From Thermodesulfobacteriota bacterium (lineage in GTDB: Bacteria > Desulfobacterota > BSN033 > UBA1163), in NCBI GenBank assembly GCA_049513055.1, contig JBEKWN010000001.1:25120-89119 (forward strand): DNA of 64,000 nt. Reading direction: 5' to 3'. Of the stretch, positions 10,354 through 20,904 are shown piece by piece. Made by a program: the position numbers and the translations under genes. Under the pieces are notes generated by a model that saw only the letters and a list, made by a program, of their open reading frames with translations, ran no database searches and was not told the origin of the DNA. Each line of letters opens with the position of its first letter. The stretch's first letter is position 1.

Positions 10354-12018
10354 ATGCCAGATACAAGTTATGATGCGATTATCGTTGGTGGGGGACACCA
10401 CGGGACGATCATTGCCTGTTATTTACAACATGCAGGCCTTAAAACAGTGATCTTCGAACGTCAACATGAATTAGGAGGAGGTGCCTGTGGGGAAGAGCTT
10501 CCCTTGCCCGGATTTATCCAGAATACATGTGCCCACTTCACCCGATTCTGGACCCATCCTGCCTATACCGATTTCAATCTGAGGGAATATGGCTTGAAAT
10601 ATATTTTCCCAGACCAGAACGAAGGTATGGTTTATCCAGATGGGACCTGTTTTGTCGGGTATTCTGCGTTCCGTGTCGACCCTTTAACGGGGAAAGAAGA
10701 GTACTCCGAGGAAAATGTCAAGAAGACCTACAACGAGATCGCCCGCTTCTCAAAAACGGACGCAGAGACCTATCTCGATCTCCTGGGAAAATATCAGAGA
10801 AAGTGGAGGGCTGCCTTTCGAGAATACCGTTATAGTCCTCCCACACCCTGGGGAGTTAAGAATGCCCTCGAAAAGCTCTGCGATGATCCCGTAGACGGAA
10901 TCGATCCGGTTTATCAATTCATGACAGGTTCCCAGATCGCTATGGACCTTTTTGAAAGTCCTGAACTCCAGTGTCTTTTCATGAGAGCTATTGAAACCTC
11001 CACTGGCTGCTTCCCTGGGGATGTCATTGGTCTCTATGTCTTTGTCCATGTGATCGGGCTCACCCTCTCCTTTGAATCGGCTTCTATTGTCTATGGTGGA
11101 ACTCATACTATCACACACGCCCTCCAGAGAGCCTTCAGTGCCATGGGAGGGGAGTTCTGTGTGGAGACAGAAATAGATAAAGTAATCATTGAGAATGGAA
11201 GGGCCAAAGGGGTCAAACTCTCGAATGGAATAGAAGTCGAAGCAAAACAGGTGGTGATTAGTGATTTAGGAGTTCCCCAGACGATATTCAGGCTTTTGGG
11301 AGAAAATTATGTCACCCCAAAAGTGGCCAGGCGTATAAGAAACATCCGTTATGACCGTGCCCAGATTTACTGGGGAAATATGGCAATGCATGAGCTTCCA
11401 AAATATAAAGCAGCTTCCTTCAATTCAGATATAGGTCTTCAGCCGCGGCTCTATATGGGAGAGAAGGACCCTGAATACCTCTCCTGGAAATATCAGGCAG
11501 ACATCTTCACAAAAGGGTTTCCTGAAAAATGGTACATCCTTGCAGCCCCGGACAGTATCTGGGACAAGACCCGGGCACCGGAAGGGAAACACACCATTCT
11601 ATTAGAAGAATTTGCGCCTCCATTACACCTCTATAACGAGAAACAGTGGCTCAAAATGAAAAAAGAGGTGGAAGATTTGATGTTGAAGCAATGGCAGATC
11701 TACGCTCCCAACATGACTCGTGACAATGTGATCGAGGCCTTTATCACCACGCCTTATGATACAAACATGAGACATCCCGATATGATCGAGGGCGGGTGGG
11801 TAGAAGGAGCCATGATTGCTTCCCAAAACGACCGATTCAGACCTATCCCAGACCTTTCGAGTTATCGTATTCCTTTCCTTAAAAATATGTACATCTGCTC
11901 CTCCAACATGCATTCTGGTGGTGGTATTGCTCGAGGCTCCAGTTATAATTGCTTCAAGGTCATTGTAGAAGACTTCAAGCTGGACAAGATCTGGGAGAAG
12001 AAAGGAAGAACTTATTAA
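10354..12018 (+). CDS. FAD/NAD(P)-dependent oxidoreductase, CrtI/amine-oxidase superfamily (paralog 2)
   Basis: YDAIIVGGGHHGTIIACYLQHAGLKTVIFERQHELGGG dinucleotide-binding motif; same overall architecture as 8408-10024. Confidence 0.8.
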   Translation: MPDTSYDAIIVGGGHHGTIIACYLQHAGLKTVIFERQHELGGGACGEELPLPGFIQNTCAHFTRFWTHPAYTDFNLREYGLKYIFPDQNEGMVYPDGTCFVGYSAFRVDPLTGKEEYSEENVKKTYNEIARFSKTDAETYLDLLGKYQRKWRAAFREYRYSPPTPWGVKNALEKLCDDPVDGIDPVYQFMTGSQIAMDLFESPELQCLFMRAIETSTGCFPGDVIGLYVFVHVIGLTLSFESASIVYGGTHTITHALQRAFSAMGGEFCVETEIDKVIIENGRAKGVKLSNGIEVEAKQVVISDLGVPQTIFRLLGENYVTPKVARRIRNIRYDRAQIYWGNMAMHELPKYKAASFNSDIGLQPRLYMGEKDPEYLSWKYQADIFTKGFPEKWYILAAPDSIWDKTRAPEGKHTILLEEFAPPLHLYNEKQWLKMKKEVEDLMLKQWQIYAPNMTRDNVIEAFITTPYDTNMRHPDMIEGGWVEGAMIASQNDRFRPIPDLSSYRIPFLKNMYICSSNMHSGGGIARGSSYNCFKVIVEDFKLDKIWEKKGRTY

Positions 12019-12031
12019 AGCGAGGAGGAAT

Positions 12032-12785
12032 CATGAGACTCAAAGATAAAGTGGCAATCGTGACAGGGGCCGCCAAGGGCTTGGGAAGGGAATTCTCCAT
12101 TGGTATGGCAAAAGAGGGGGCCAAGATCATGGCAGTTACCCGAAAGGATCTTGCCAATTTGGAGAAGACGGTAAAGGAGATTGAAGCCTCTGGAGGAGTG
12201 GCGAAAGCTTTCCAGGCAGATGTCTCCATCGAAAAGGATGCCATCAAGATCGCTGAGGAAACATTTAGGGTCTTTGGCAGGATCGACATCTTAGTTAATT
12301 GCGCAGCCATCTACGATGGATTGGTTCGAAAATCCTTCACGGAAGTAGATCCCAATGAATGGGACCAGGTGATGGCTGTGAACGTCAAAGGTCCCTGGCT
12401 CTGCTCAAGGGCGGTATTCCCTTATATGAAACAACAAGGAAAAGGGAAGATTGTCAACCTCTCTTCCGAAGTATTTTTCACGGGGTCTCATGGCTTTATT
12501 CACTACGTGTCTTCAAAGGGAGGGGTGATCGGATTGACGCGAGCCCTTGCCATTGAATTAGGCCCTCATAACATTAACATTAATGCCGTAGCCCCGGGAT
12601 TTACGGATACAGAAGCAAGCCGCCATCTCACCGATGTCACCAAATACGATGTCTCTAAAACCCCCTTGAAGCGACTGGAGCAGCCCAATGATCTTCTGGG
12701 AGCGGTCATCTTCCTCGCATCAAATGAAAGCGATTTCATCACTGGTCAGACCATTTTGGTCGATGGCGGGAGGGCCATGCATTAA
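12032..12785 (+). CDS. Short-chain dehydrogenase/reductase (SDR, FabG-like)
   Basis: TGAAKGLG cofactor motif, YxxxK active-site pattern, ~250 aa, GAGGAGG RBS. Confidence 0.85.
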
Positions 12786-13022
12786 TCCTTTTATCCCCCA
12801 TCATGCCTTCGGCATGGTGGCCTTGAATCCAATACGAACACTCAGGCGTTCAGACTTTTTCGATCGTCACTTTCATGGATGCAGCTTTCGCTGTTGAAAA
12901 GTTTTTTCTATTCTATTCTTCACATAGAATTTCTAAATATCTCAGGGAACCTTTTCGTGGGGGATCTTTCCCGGACAAGATTCCTTTGAGTCGGAAAATT
13001 TTTCGATCGGAGGCCTTAAAAC

Positions 13023-15662
13023 ATGCAGGAGATAAATTTCATCTTGAATGGAGCCCCTCGAAGAGTCATCGTTGATCCTCAAAAAAGTTTGCTGAAAGTG
13101 ATTCGAGAAGATCTAAGGTTGACAGGTACTAAGGAAGCATGCTCTGCCGGTCATTGCGGCACCTGTGCTGTGCTAGTGGATGGTGAAGTGGTTCTCGCCT
13201 GTAGATATCCTGTGGCCAAAGTCCAGGGCAAAGAGGTAACGACCATCGAAGGCATTGGCACTCTCAGGAATCCTCATCCACTTCAATTGGCCTTTGCAAA
13301 GACGGGAGCCATTCAGTGTGGCTTTTGCACACCGGGGATGATCGTCCGGACGAAGTCCCTTTTGGATGGAAATCCTAAGCCCAAAAGGGAAGAGATCAAA
13401 AAGGCTATTCAGCCTCATCTTTGTCGTTGTACGGGCTACCAGAAGATCTTTGAGGCTGTAGAACTCGCTGCCTCTTATATGCGAGGGGAAACGAAATCAA
13501 TTGAATTAAAATTAGAAGGAAAGGACACCATTGGCCAACCCGTGACACGAAAGGACGCCCTCGAGAAGGCAACAGGAACCATCCTCTATGCGGGTGACCT
13601 CACTGTGGACGGATGTGCCCATATCAAAGTTCTGAGAAGTCCTCATCACCATGCCAAAATCTTACACATCGACAAGACCGAAGCAGAAACCATACCCGGT
13701 GTGTTAGCCGTGCTCACAGCTGAGGATGTGAAAGGGACCAACATCCTGAAGATGGCTGGAGATGATCAACCCATCTTAGGCGTGGGTAAGGTCCGTTTCA
13801 TCGGTGATCCTGTCGCAGCAGTTGTGGCAACCTCTGAGGAAATTGCTTCTCATGCCATAGAGAAGATCGAGGTGACCTATGAACCCTTAGAACCAATACT
13901 TACCCCAGAGGAGGCATTGAAAGAGGGGGCGATAAGGGTCCATGACGATCGTTCAAACCTCTTTTTTGAACAACCCATCATCCATGGCGACGTTGAAAGG
14001 GGTTTTTCAGAGTCGGAGGTAGCCATTGAGCGAACCTACACAACACAAACCGTTGAACATGCCTACTTAGAAAACGACTCCGGCGTTGCTTTTATCCACG
14101 AAAATGGCCAACTGGTCATCCTATCCCCAAGTCAGAACATTCACGCTCACCGCAAGACCATCGCAGAAGCCCTCGGTCTCAATGTGGAAAAGGTCCGGGT
14201 GATCCAAACTCCCATGGGCGGGGCATTTGGCGGAAAACTGGATGTTTCCGTAGGTGGAATCCTTGGACTGGCTGCCTTGAAGCTTAAAAGGCCGGTGAAG
14301 CTTGCCTATACGAGGAGTGAAACCTTTGCGGCTACCCCAAAACGTCACCCCTTCTTCATGAAGGTGAAAGTGGGGGCCAAAAAAGACGGAACGTTGATGG
14401 CATTAGATTTTGATCTCACAGCAGATGGCGGGGCATATAAGTCTTTTAGCAATAGTGTGACTCAACGAGGCCTTATCCATTCCCAGGGACCTTACCGATT
14501 CACCAATGCCCATGTCTACGGGAAAGCTGTTTATACGAATACAGCTTTCAAAGGTGCGATGAGAGGTTTTGGCGTACCCCAAGTCGCCTTTGCCATTGAG
14601 TCGATCCTTGATGAACTGGCATCGGAACTGAAAATAGATCCCTTAGCCATAAGGGTGAAAAACGGTTTTGTGAAAGGGGATACGACAATCTGCGGCCAGG
14701 TATTAGACCACGCTATTGGTTTTCGGGAGTGTATGGAGACCCTAAAGCCTCTTTATGAGAAAGCATTAAAAGAGGCTAAAAAGAGCACAACGGATGAGAT
14801 CAAAAGGGGAGTGGGTTTAGGAGGGGTTTGGTTCGGTCCGGGCCGAAGCGCCCCAGATCAATCTGAGGCATGGGCAGAACTTTTACCTGATGACACCTTA
14901 CAGGTTTGGATCGGAGCAGCGGACATGGGACAAGGTACGGACACGATGTTCTGGCAAATTGCTACAGACACAATAGGATTTCCCCTGGAGAGAGTCAAAG
15001 TCTGTACAACAGATACTGAGATCACACCGGACGGAAACTTTTCCGCTGGAAGCCGGCAGACCTATGTCTCAGGGAGAGCCGTCCAGATGGCCGTGGAAGA
15101 ATTGAAAAAGGCCATGGATGAAAACGGTGTTAAGACGTATAGCGAGATGAAGGCAAAGGGCTTGCCTACTCTTTATAAAGCAATCAACAAACCTGTGACT
15201 TCGAGGCCTGATCCGAAGACTGGCCAGGGAGTTCCTTGGGAGACCTATTCTTTCGGAATCCAAATGGCTGAAGTGGCTGTGGAAGTAAAAACGGGTAGGG
15301 TGAATGTCCTCAAGATAATCTCTGTCCATGATCTCGGAACTGTGATCAATCGCCTCAATGTAGAGGGCCAACTCCACGGAGGCATCTGTATGGGTCTTGG
15401 ATATGCCCTCATGGAAGAGTTTATTTACAATAAGACCGATAGCTTTGCCAAATTTAAGATACCTAGAGCGAAAGACATGCCTGACATGGAAGTGATCACC
15501 CTCAATATCCCCAGGAAGAAAGGACCCTTTGGTGCTTCCGGCACCGCAGAATATGCAGATGTCCCAACTGCACCGGCTATTGCAAATGCTATCTACAATG
15601 CCTGTGGTGTCCGTATCCGGGATTTACCGATCACTCCCGAGAAGATCAGGCAATCTCTGTAG
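13023..15662 (+). CDS. Molybdopterin aldehyde oxidoreductase of xanthine-dehydrogenase family with fused N-terminal 2x[2Fe-2S] domains, no FAD domain (D. gigas Mop-like)
   Basis: CSAGHCGTCAV plant-type and QCGFCTPG...CRCTGY second 2Fe-2S motifs, MGGAFGGK MoCo-domain motif, C-terminal catalytic Glu region; 879 aa. Confidence 0.85.
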   Translation: MQEINFILNGAPRRVIVDPQKSLLKVIREDLRLTGTKEACSAGHCGTCAVLVDGEVVLACRYPVAKVQGKEVTTIEGIGTLRNPHPLQLAFAKTGAIQCGFCTPGMIVRTKSLLDGNPKPKREEIKKAIQPHLCRCTGYQKIFEAVELAASYMRGETKSIELKLEGKDTIGQPVTRKDALEKATGTILYAGDLTVDGCAHIKVLRSPHHHAKILHIDKTEAETIPGVLAVLTAEDVKGTNILKMAGDDQPILGVGKVRFIGDPVAAVVATSEEIASHAIEKIEVTYEPLEPILTPEEALKEGAIRVHDDRSNLFFEQPIIHGDVERGFSESEVAIERTYTTQTVEHAYLENDSGVAFIHENGQLVILSPSQNIHAHRKTIAEALGLNVEKVRVIQTPMGGAFGGKLDVSVGGILGLAALKLKRPVKLAYTRSETFAATPKRHPFFMKVKVGAKKDGTLMALDFDLTADGGAYKSFSNSVTQRGLIHSQGPYRFTNAHVYGKAVYTNTAFKGAMRGFGVPQVAFAIESILDELASELKIDPLAIRVKNGFVKGDTTICGQVLDHAIGFRECMETLKPLYEKALKEAKKSTTDEIKRGVGLGGVWFGPGRSAPDQSEAWAELLPDDTLQVWIGAADMGQGTDTMFWQIATDTIGFPLERVKVCTTDTEITPDGNFSAGSRQTYVSGRAVQMAVEELKKAMDENGVKTYSEMKAKGLPTLYKAINKPVTSRPDPKTGQGVPWETYSFGIQMAEVAVEVKTGRVNVLKIISVHDLGTVINRLNVEGQLHGGICMGLGYALMEEFIYNKTDSFAKFKIPRAKDMPDMEVITLNIPRKKGPFGASGTAEYADVPTAPAIANAIYNACGVRIRDLPITPEKIRQSL

Positions 15663-16046
15663 CCTCTTTAAGGAGGGGGGGATTTTTGCAACGAAGCCAA
15701 TAGAGGTTTGATCTCTAACAAGATTATCGCTGCAATGATTTGTCGAAGTTAAAATGCAATCCAATAGCTTTCAGTATAGGGTGAATATCGGAAACTTCAT
15801 TGTGAAAATTGAAACTTAAAAAACTACTTGATTTCTTCATTTCCTGTCGGTATAGTTCTGTCTATTCGACAGGTCGTAAGCCATTTTATAACAATTTATT
15901 TTCTTAAATGAAGAGGGTCATGAATATGACCTGGTGAAAGGAGGGGGTGTGTATGGAAGGATAACCTTCATTATCAATACACCAGAGGATGGTGGGGAAT
16001 TGAGAATCTTTCAAGAGGAGTCCAATAAGCATTCAGGAGGTGAAAA

Positions 16047-17732
16047 ATGAAAATTTATGATGTGGTACCAGGATTTGAGTTTGATGAGAAGTATGATTTA
16101 GAGCAATCGCCGGCTTGGTTTCTCGACGCCACCCACTCTGTCCCCCCGTGGACACCCATGTTCGGGTGGTTCTGGATCAATTTCTGCCGACACGGAATGC
16201 AGTATGGCGCTGAGACCCTCTCCCTTCCCACTGTGAAAGGATGGGACTGGCGCTTTAAAGATGGAGGTGGCTATCTAACCCTCCTCATGGTCGATTCCGA
16301 TAAAGAAAAGGCGGAAAGGGAGAAGAAGTTTAGAGAAGCCATTAGGCCCTTTGTGGAGAATTATGATGGTCTTTGGGGTGGTTACGTTAAGGAGATCCTG
16401 AAAAGATATGATAATTTGAAAGTCCTCGACGTCAACACTGCTTCGAATATCAAACTTCTTGAAAACTTCGAGGAGGTCATCGATACTTGTCGAAGAATGT
16501 GGGAAATCCATATGCACATGATGTATGGGACTTATACGCCCTATGTCCTATTTGAGCAACTCTGCATGCAGTTGTTGAACATCGATGATACCCATCCCAC
16601 TTTCCACAAGTTAGTGGCCGGCTTTGACAACGAAAGTTTTCGAGTAGACCGTAGGCTCTGGGAGTTCTCCAAGAAAGCAAAGGATATGGGTCTTGAGAGC
16701 CTCTTCATGGGGACTCCTTCAAAACAGATGAAGGCCAAATTGGGGGAGAGTGATAAAGGAAAGAAATATTTGAAAGAGTTTGATGAATTCCTTGATAAAG
16801 AAGCCGGCTGGAGGATGGAACGAATGGCTGAGATTAATGTCCCCACCTGGCAAGAGGATCCTACCCCAGGTTTTGAAACGGTAAAGATGTATCTTAAGAA
16901 AGGTGGGGATTTCGACTTAGATAAAGACCGTAAGAAGATTGAAAAGGAAAGGAAAGATGCAGAAAAAGAGGTCTTGGCTAAGATCGCTCCCGAGCAGAAG
17001 GGTTGGTTCTCCATGCTGATGAAAGTGGCTCAGAATTGCAGCCGTTTCAGTGAGGAGCACAATCATTATCTCGATCTCTACACCCACGCGTTGATGAGAA
17101 GATCCTGTATGGGATTGGGAAATCGATTCGCTAAATGTGGAGCGATTAACCAACCCGAGGATATTTTCTTCCTCATGCCTGATGAGGTGAGAAAGGCTGG
17201 GATTAATCCTGATAAACTCAATCTCAAACCCATCGTCCAACGTCGACGGAAAGAATGGGAAGAATGGAATCAAAGAGGTAATCCCCCTGCTATCTTTAAA
17301 GAAGGGTTTACTTTGGAGCAGGCGATCGGAGGATTAGTCCAATCTCTTGATCCAATCGCCCTCAAAGTAGTGGTGGGAAGCATGCCCGTACCAAAGCCTG
17401 AACTCAAGGCAGACCTCTTGGGAACCTGCGGATCTTCAGGCATGGCGGAAGGGGTTGCTCGAGTAGTCCTCAGAGATGAAGACCTACCGACCATCCAGAA
17501 AGGAGATATTCTTGTAGCAATGAGCACTTCTCCAGCCTGGACGCCCGTGTTTAGTATGATCAGCGGGGTCGTGGTGGATAGAGGGGCGAGCCTCTCCCAT
17601 GCCGCTATTGTTGGAAGGGAGTATGGAATCCCTGTTGTGATGAATGTGTTTACCGGCACCCAGGTGATCAAGTCAGGTCAAAGGATCCGGGTAGACGGAA
17701 ACTTGGGAGCCGTTTACATCCTGGACAAATAA
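16047..17732 (+). CDS. PEP-utilising enzyme family protein with C-terminal phosphohistidine mobile domain (split pyruvate,water-dikinase-like enzyme, subunit A; phenylphosphate-synthase-alpha-like)
   Basis: C-terminal GASLSHAAIVGREYGIPVV phosphohistidine domain motif; 561 aa; translationally coupled to next gene. Confidence 0.7.
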   Translation: MKIYDVVPGFEFDEKYDLEQSPAWFLDATHSVPPWTPMFGWFWINFCRHGMQYGAETLSLPTVKGWDWRFKDGGGYLTLLMVDSDKEKAEREKKFREAIRPFVENYDGLWGGYVKEILKRYDNLKVLDVNTASNIKLLENFEEVIDTCRRMWEIHMHMMYGTYTPYVLFEQLCMQLLNIDDTHPTFHKLVAGFDNESFRVDRRLWEFSKKAKDMGLESLFMGTPSKQMKAKLGESDKGKKYLKEFDEFLDKEAGWRMERMAEINVPTWQEDPTPGFETVKMYLKKGGDFDLDKDRKKIEKERKDAEKEVLAKIAPEQKGWFSMLMKVAQNCSRFSEEHNHYLDLYTHALMRRSCMGLGNRFAKCGAINQPEDIFFLMPDEVRKAGINPDKLNLKPIVQRRRKEWEEWNQRGNPPAIFKEGFTLEQAIGGLVQSLDPIALKVVVGSMPVPKPELKADLLGTCGSSGMAEGVARVVLRDEDLPTIQKGDILVAMSTSPAWTPVFSMISGVVVDRGASLSHAAIVGREYGIPVVMNVFTGTQVIKSGQRIRVDGNLGAVYILDK

Positions 17733-17733
17733 G

Positions 17734-18789
17734 ATGCCTCCAAGAAAAACGACGCAAAATATCATCTGGTTCAAAGACTGTTCAGGGAAGAACTTTCCTC
17801 AAGTAGGGGGTAAAAATGCAAATTTAGGTGAGATGTTTAAACTCGGCCTCCGAGTCCCACCTGGATTTGCCGTCACCACGTATGCCTTTGACACTTTTAT
17901 AGAGAGAGGGAGGGTTCGAAACGAAATTGTGAGAACCCTCTCTCAAATTCCCTTTGAGGATATCAAAGCCTTGGAGGAAGCAGGTCTTCAGATTCGAGAT
18001 CTTATCGAATCTACCCCCATTCCTAAAAATATTGTTAAAGAGATCAAAGAAGCTTATAAAAAATTAGGCGACCTCTGTGGAGTGGCGGATCTCCCCGTTG
18101 CCGTCCGATCCAGTGCCACTTCCGAAGATCTGAAGACGGCCAGCTTCGCCGGACAGCATGAATCTTACCTCTGGGTTAGAGGTAAAGAGGAAGTGATCCA
18201 ACACATATTGAAATGCTGGGCAAGCCTGTTTACAAATCGTGCCATCGCTTATCGAAATCAGATCGGGTGGCCTCATGATAAAGTGACCATTAGTGTTGGA
18301 GTTCAGAAGATGGTCAATGCCAAATGTGCGGGAGTGATGTTCACGATTGATCCGGTGGTCGGAGATCCAGAGAAGATAGTCATTGAAGGCAATTGGGGAT
18401 TGGGCGAGAGCGTGGTCAAAGGAGAGGTCTCTCCAGACCACTTCCTGGTGGATAAAAAATCGCTCGAGATTTTAGAGAAGATGATCTCTCCGAAAACCCT
18501 CTGCTATGAGTTGGTAGAAGATAAGGTCATCTGTATCGAACCTACCCTCGAAAGGCAGAATGAGCCATGCATCGATGATGAAGCATTGATGGAACTGGTC
18601 CGGCTCGGTAAAATCGCAGAAGCCCATTATCAATCGGCTCAGGATTTGGAGTGGGCCATCGATGTTGATCTCCCCTTCCCTGAGAATGTTTTTCTTGTCC
18701 AGACCCGGCCCGTGACAAGTGCGGGGAAACCAAAACAGAGCAATACGGATATCATTATCGATATGATGTCCTCCCTTTTCAGAAGATAA
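17734..18789 (+). CDS. PEP synthase/pyruvate phosphate dikinase N-terminal ATP-grasp nucleotide-binding domain protein (split enzyme subunit B; phenylphosphate-synthase-beta-like)
   Basis: FPQVGGKNANLGEM motif typical of PPDK_N domain; 351 aa; start 1 nt after previous stop. Confidence 0.7.
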   Translation: MPPRKTTQNIIWFKDCSGKNFPQVGGKNANLGEMFKLGLRVPPGFAVTTYAFDTFIERGRVRNEIVRTLSQIPFEDIKALEEAGLQIRDLIESTPIPKNIVKEIKEAYKKLGDLCGVADLPVAVRSSATSEDLKTASFAGQHESYLWVRGKEEVIQHILKCWASLFTNRAIAYRNQIGWPHDKVTISVGVQKMVNAKCAGVMFTIDPVVGDPEKIVIEGNWGLGESVVKGEVSPDHFLVDKKSLEILEKMISPKTLCYELVEDKVICIEPTLERQNEPCIDDEALMELVRLGKIAEAHYQSAQDLEWAIDVDLPFPENVFLVQTRPVTSAGKPKQSNTDIIIDMMSSLFRR

Positions 18790-18836
18790 GCGGGCTCTTC
18801 TTCCTCTCCGGTCATGAAAGGGAATTGGAGGAACCT

Positions 18837-19157
18837 ATGTATGTCCGAATGACCTTTTTCAAATTAAAAATAGGCAAGATGCAGGAGTTACGCGAGACTT
18901 ACAATAAGGAGGTTGTTTTAGCTCACAAAGGCCATAAGGGAATTCGCTTCGTCCATCTCCTTGAGTCTTTAGACAATAAAGACGAAGGGATTTCTATCAC
19001 CGCATGGGATACCAAGGCAGATGTCGAGGCCTATGAGAAGAGCGGAGACTACGAAAAACTGGTTGCGAAATTCAAGGACATGTATGCCGAGGAACCGTTG
19101 CTTAAATCCTATGAGGTGACCGCCAGCTCTGATCCCATCATCCTTCGTATATTTTAA
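18837..19157 (+). CDS. ABM (antibiotic biosynthesis monooxygenase)/Dabb-fold small protein
   Basis: ~105 aa, alternating beta-alpha pattern; GGAGG RBS before ATG 18837 (ORF track start 18825 is TTG). Confidence 0.45.
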   Translation: MYVRMTFFKLKIGKMQELRETYNKEVVLAHKGHKGIRFVHLLESLDNKDEGISITAWDTKADVEAYEKSGDYEKLVAKFKDMYAEEPLLKSYEVTASSDPIILRIF

Positions 19158-19174
19158 CCCACTGGGAGGGAAAG

Positions 19175-19834
19175 ATGATCTTTTTATTTAATCAACACTG
19201 GGACATTATCCCCGGGAAAGAAGAAGAATACACAAAATTTGCCATCAATCATTACATTCCTACCATGAAAAAGATCGGTATCAATCCGGTAGGAGGATTT
19301 TATGTGGTAGTGGGGGAAGGTCCCGGGGTCATCTCGGTGGGGACAGTGGATTCGTTACAAAAACTCCAAAAGGCCATGGAAACAGAAGAGTATGAGAAGG
19401 TAACGGCTCAGGTCCAGTGTTATGTCTTCAATTATTGTAGCAGAATTCTTAAGCCCACAGGGAGGGTGAAAACAGATAAATATACGATTCAATTAAGGGT
19501 ATGGAAATTTAACCAATATTTTAATATCATCCCTGGGAAAGAGAAAGAATACTCGGAGTTTATCACAAAGGATCATCTCCCGACCATAGAAAAACTGGGT
19601 ATCAAGATGACGGGCGGATGGCAGGTAGTGGTAGGCTCTGGTCCTTATATCGTTGCAGAAGGAACCGCGACAAGTATTGTCGATATTGCCAAGGCCCTTG
19701 AAAGTGAGGAATACAAACGAATCACAAAGATATTGACATCCAAGTATGTGACTGACTATAGCAGCCGCATCCTCGCTCCAACTGGCCGTATCGAACTTCC
19801 TTATCTTCTGGAAAAAATGATGAAGGGATTTTAG
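19175..19834 (+). CDS. Protein made of two tandem ~100-aa ABM/Dabb-like repeats
   Basis: Internal duplication visible: HWDIIPGKEEEYTKF...SRILKPTGR vs YFNIIPGKEKEYSEF...SRILAPTGR. Confidence 0.5.
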   Translation: MIFLFNQHWDIIPGKEEEYTKFAINHYIPTMKKIGINPVGGFYVVVGEGPGVISVGTVDSLQKLQKAMETEEYEKVTAQVQCYVFNYCSRILKPTGRVKTDKYTIQLRVWKFNQYFNIIPGKEKEYSEFITKDHLPTIEKLGIKMTGGWQVVVGSGPYIVAEGTATSIVDIAKALESEEYKRITKILTSKYVTDYSSRILAPTGRIELPYLLEKMMKGF

Positions 19835-19865
19835 AGTTCAGAGTTGAAAATCTAAAGTTGTAGGG

Positions 19866-20462
19866 ATGAAACGGATTTATCAGAAAATTTTTGAGCGGGC
19901 GAAACCCTTCCTCCGTACTCGAAAAAACCTCATTCACACAAAGATTGCCCTCCGGTATGCCTTAAAGCTTCTAAATCACGAAAAAGGGGAAGAAGAAATT
20001 GCTATCCCTGCAATCATTCTTCACGATGTGGGCTGGAAGACCGTCCCTGAAAACTTACACCTGACTGCTTTTGGTCCAAACCCATCTAATCCTAAATTGG
20101 CAAGAGTTCATGAAGTAGAAGGAGCAAAAATAGCTAAAGCCATTTTGGAGAAATTACATTATCCTCCTGCAAACGTAAAAGAGATCTATCAAATCATCCA
20201 AGGACACGATTCAAGAAAAAGACCCATCTCTTGGAATGATCGAATTGTTAAGGATGCGGATAAACTGACCCGTTATTCTCGAAAGGGTATGACCATTGAT
20301 TTGGGTCGGTTCCAGGTTCCAACGGGAATTCATATCAATTTTTTAGAAGGGAAGGTCGAAGAATGGTTCCTCCTCCTCACCTCTCAGAAGTTGGCTAGAG
20401 AAGAAATAAACAGAAGAAGAAAAGAGATGATTGCAGTTGACAAAACCTCTTTGACTTTCTAA
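19866..20462 (+). CDS. HD-domain phosphohydrolase
   Basis: H...HD motif (ILHDVGW) and downstream D; 198 aa. Confidence 0.65.
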   Translation: MKRIYQKIFERAKPFLRTRKNLIHTKIALRYALKLLNHEKGEEEIAIPAIILHDVGWKTVPENLHLTAFGPNPSNPKLARVHEVEGAKIAKAILEKLHYPPANVKEIYQIIQGHDSRKRPISWNDRIVKDADKLTRYSRKGMTIDLGRFQVPTGIHINFLEGKVEEWFLLLTSQKLAREEINRRRKEMIAVDKTSLTF

Positions 20463-20478
20463 AATCGGAACCAATCCA

Positions 20479-20904
20479 ATGAAAAGATTTTTGGTTGAAA
20501 TTTCAAAAGGTAGATTCAAAATTCACGGCCTTGTCCAAGAGTTGGGCCAAGACATCCTGGTTTCCATCTGGGGAGGAATCCGACCTCACATCGGTGCTGT
20601 GGGAATGGCCATCCCGAGATCCAGCTTGAAGAATCAAAAAAAGTGGAGCGCCACCTCTTCCAATTTTACTTTCGTCGGCCATAAAGAGGATACCTTGGTA
20701 AAAAAGATTTCAGAAAGGTTGGCAGCTCGATTGAGAAGAAATGTGGTGGTCACCGCAGGTGTCCACTGGGATGGGATCACTTCCAAAGAGATTAAGATTA
20801 TCCAAAATCTCACACAAAAAATATCAGACCAGATTCAAAAAAAAATCCTGTCTGCTGGCAGGCAGGGGAGAAGACAAAATGAAGACCCTAAAAAAAAGGC
20901 CTGA
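20479..20904 (+). CDS. Hypothetical protein (141 aa)
   Basis: ORF in operon context; family not recognised. Confidence 0.35.
   Translation: MKRFLVEISKGRFKIHGLVQELGQDILVSIWGGIRPHIGAVGMAIPRSSLKNQKKWSATSSNFTFVGHKEDTLVKKISERLAARLRRNVVVTAGVHWDGITSKEIKIIQNLTQKISDQIQKKILSAGRQGRRQNEDPKKKA

Noticed and set aside
20741-20878. Upstream extension of the PaaK-like ORF (ORF-track start 20741)
   Set aside because: It overlaps the preceding 141-aa ORF; the PaaK-family N-terminus begins at MKTLKKRPDFYWNP (20879).
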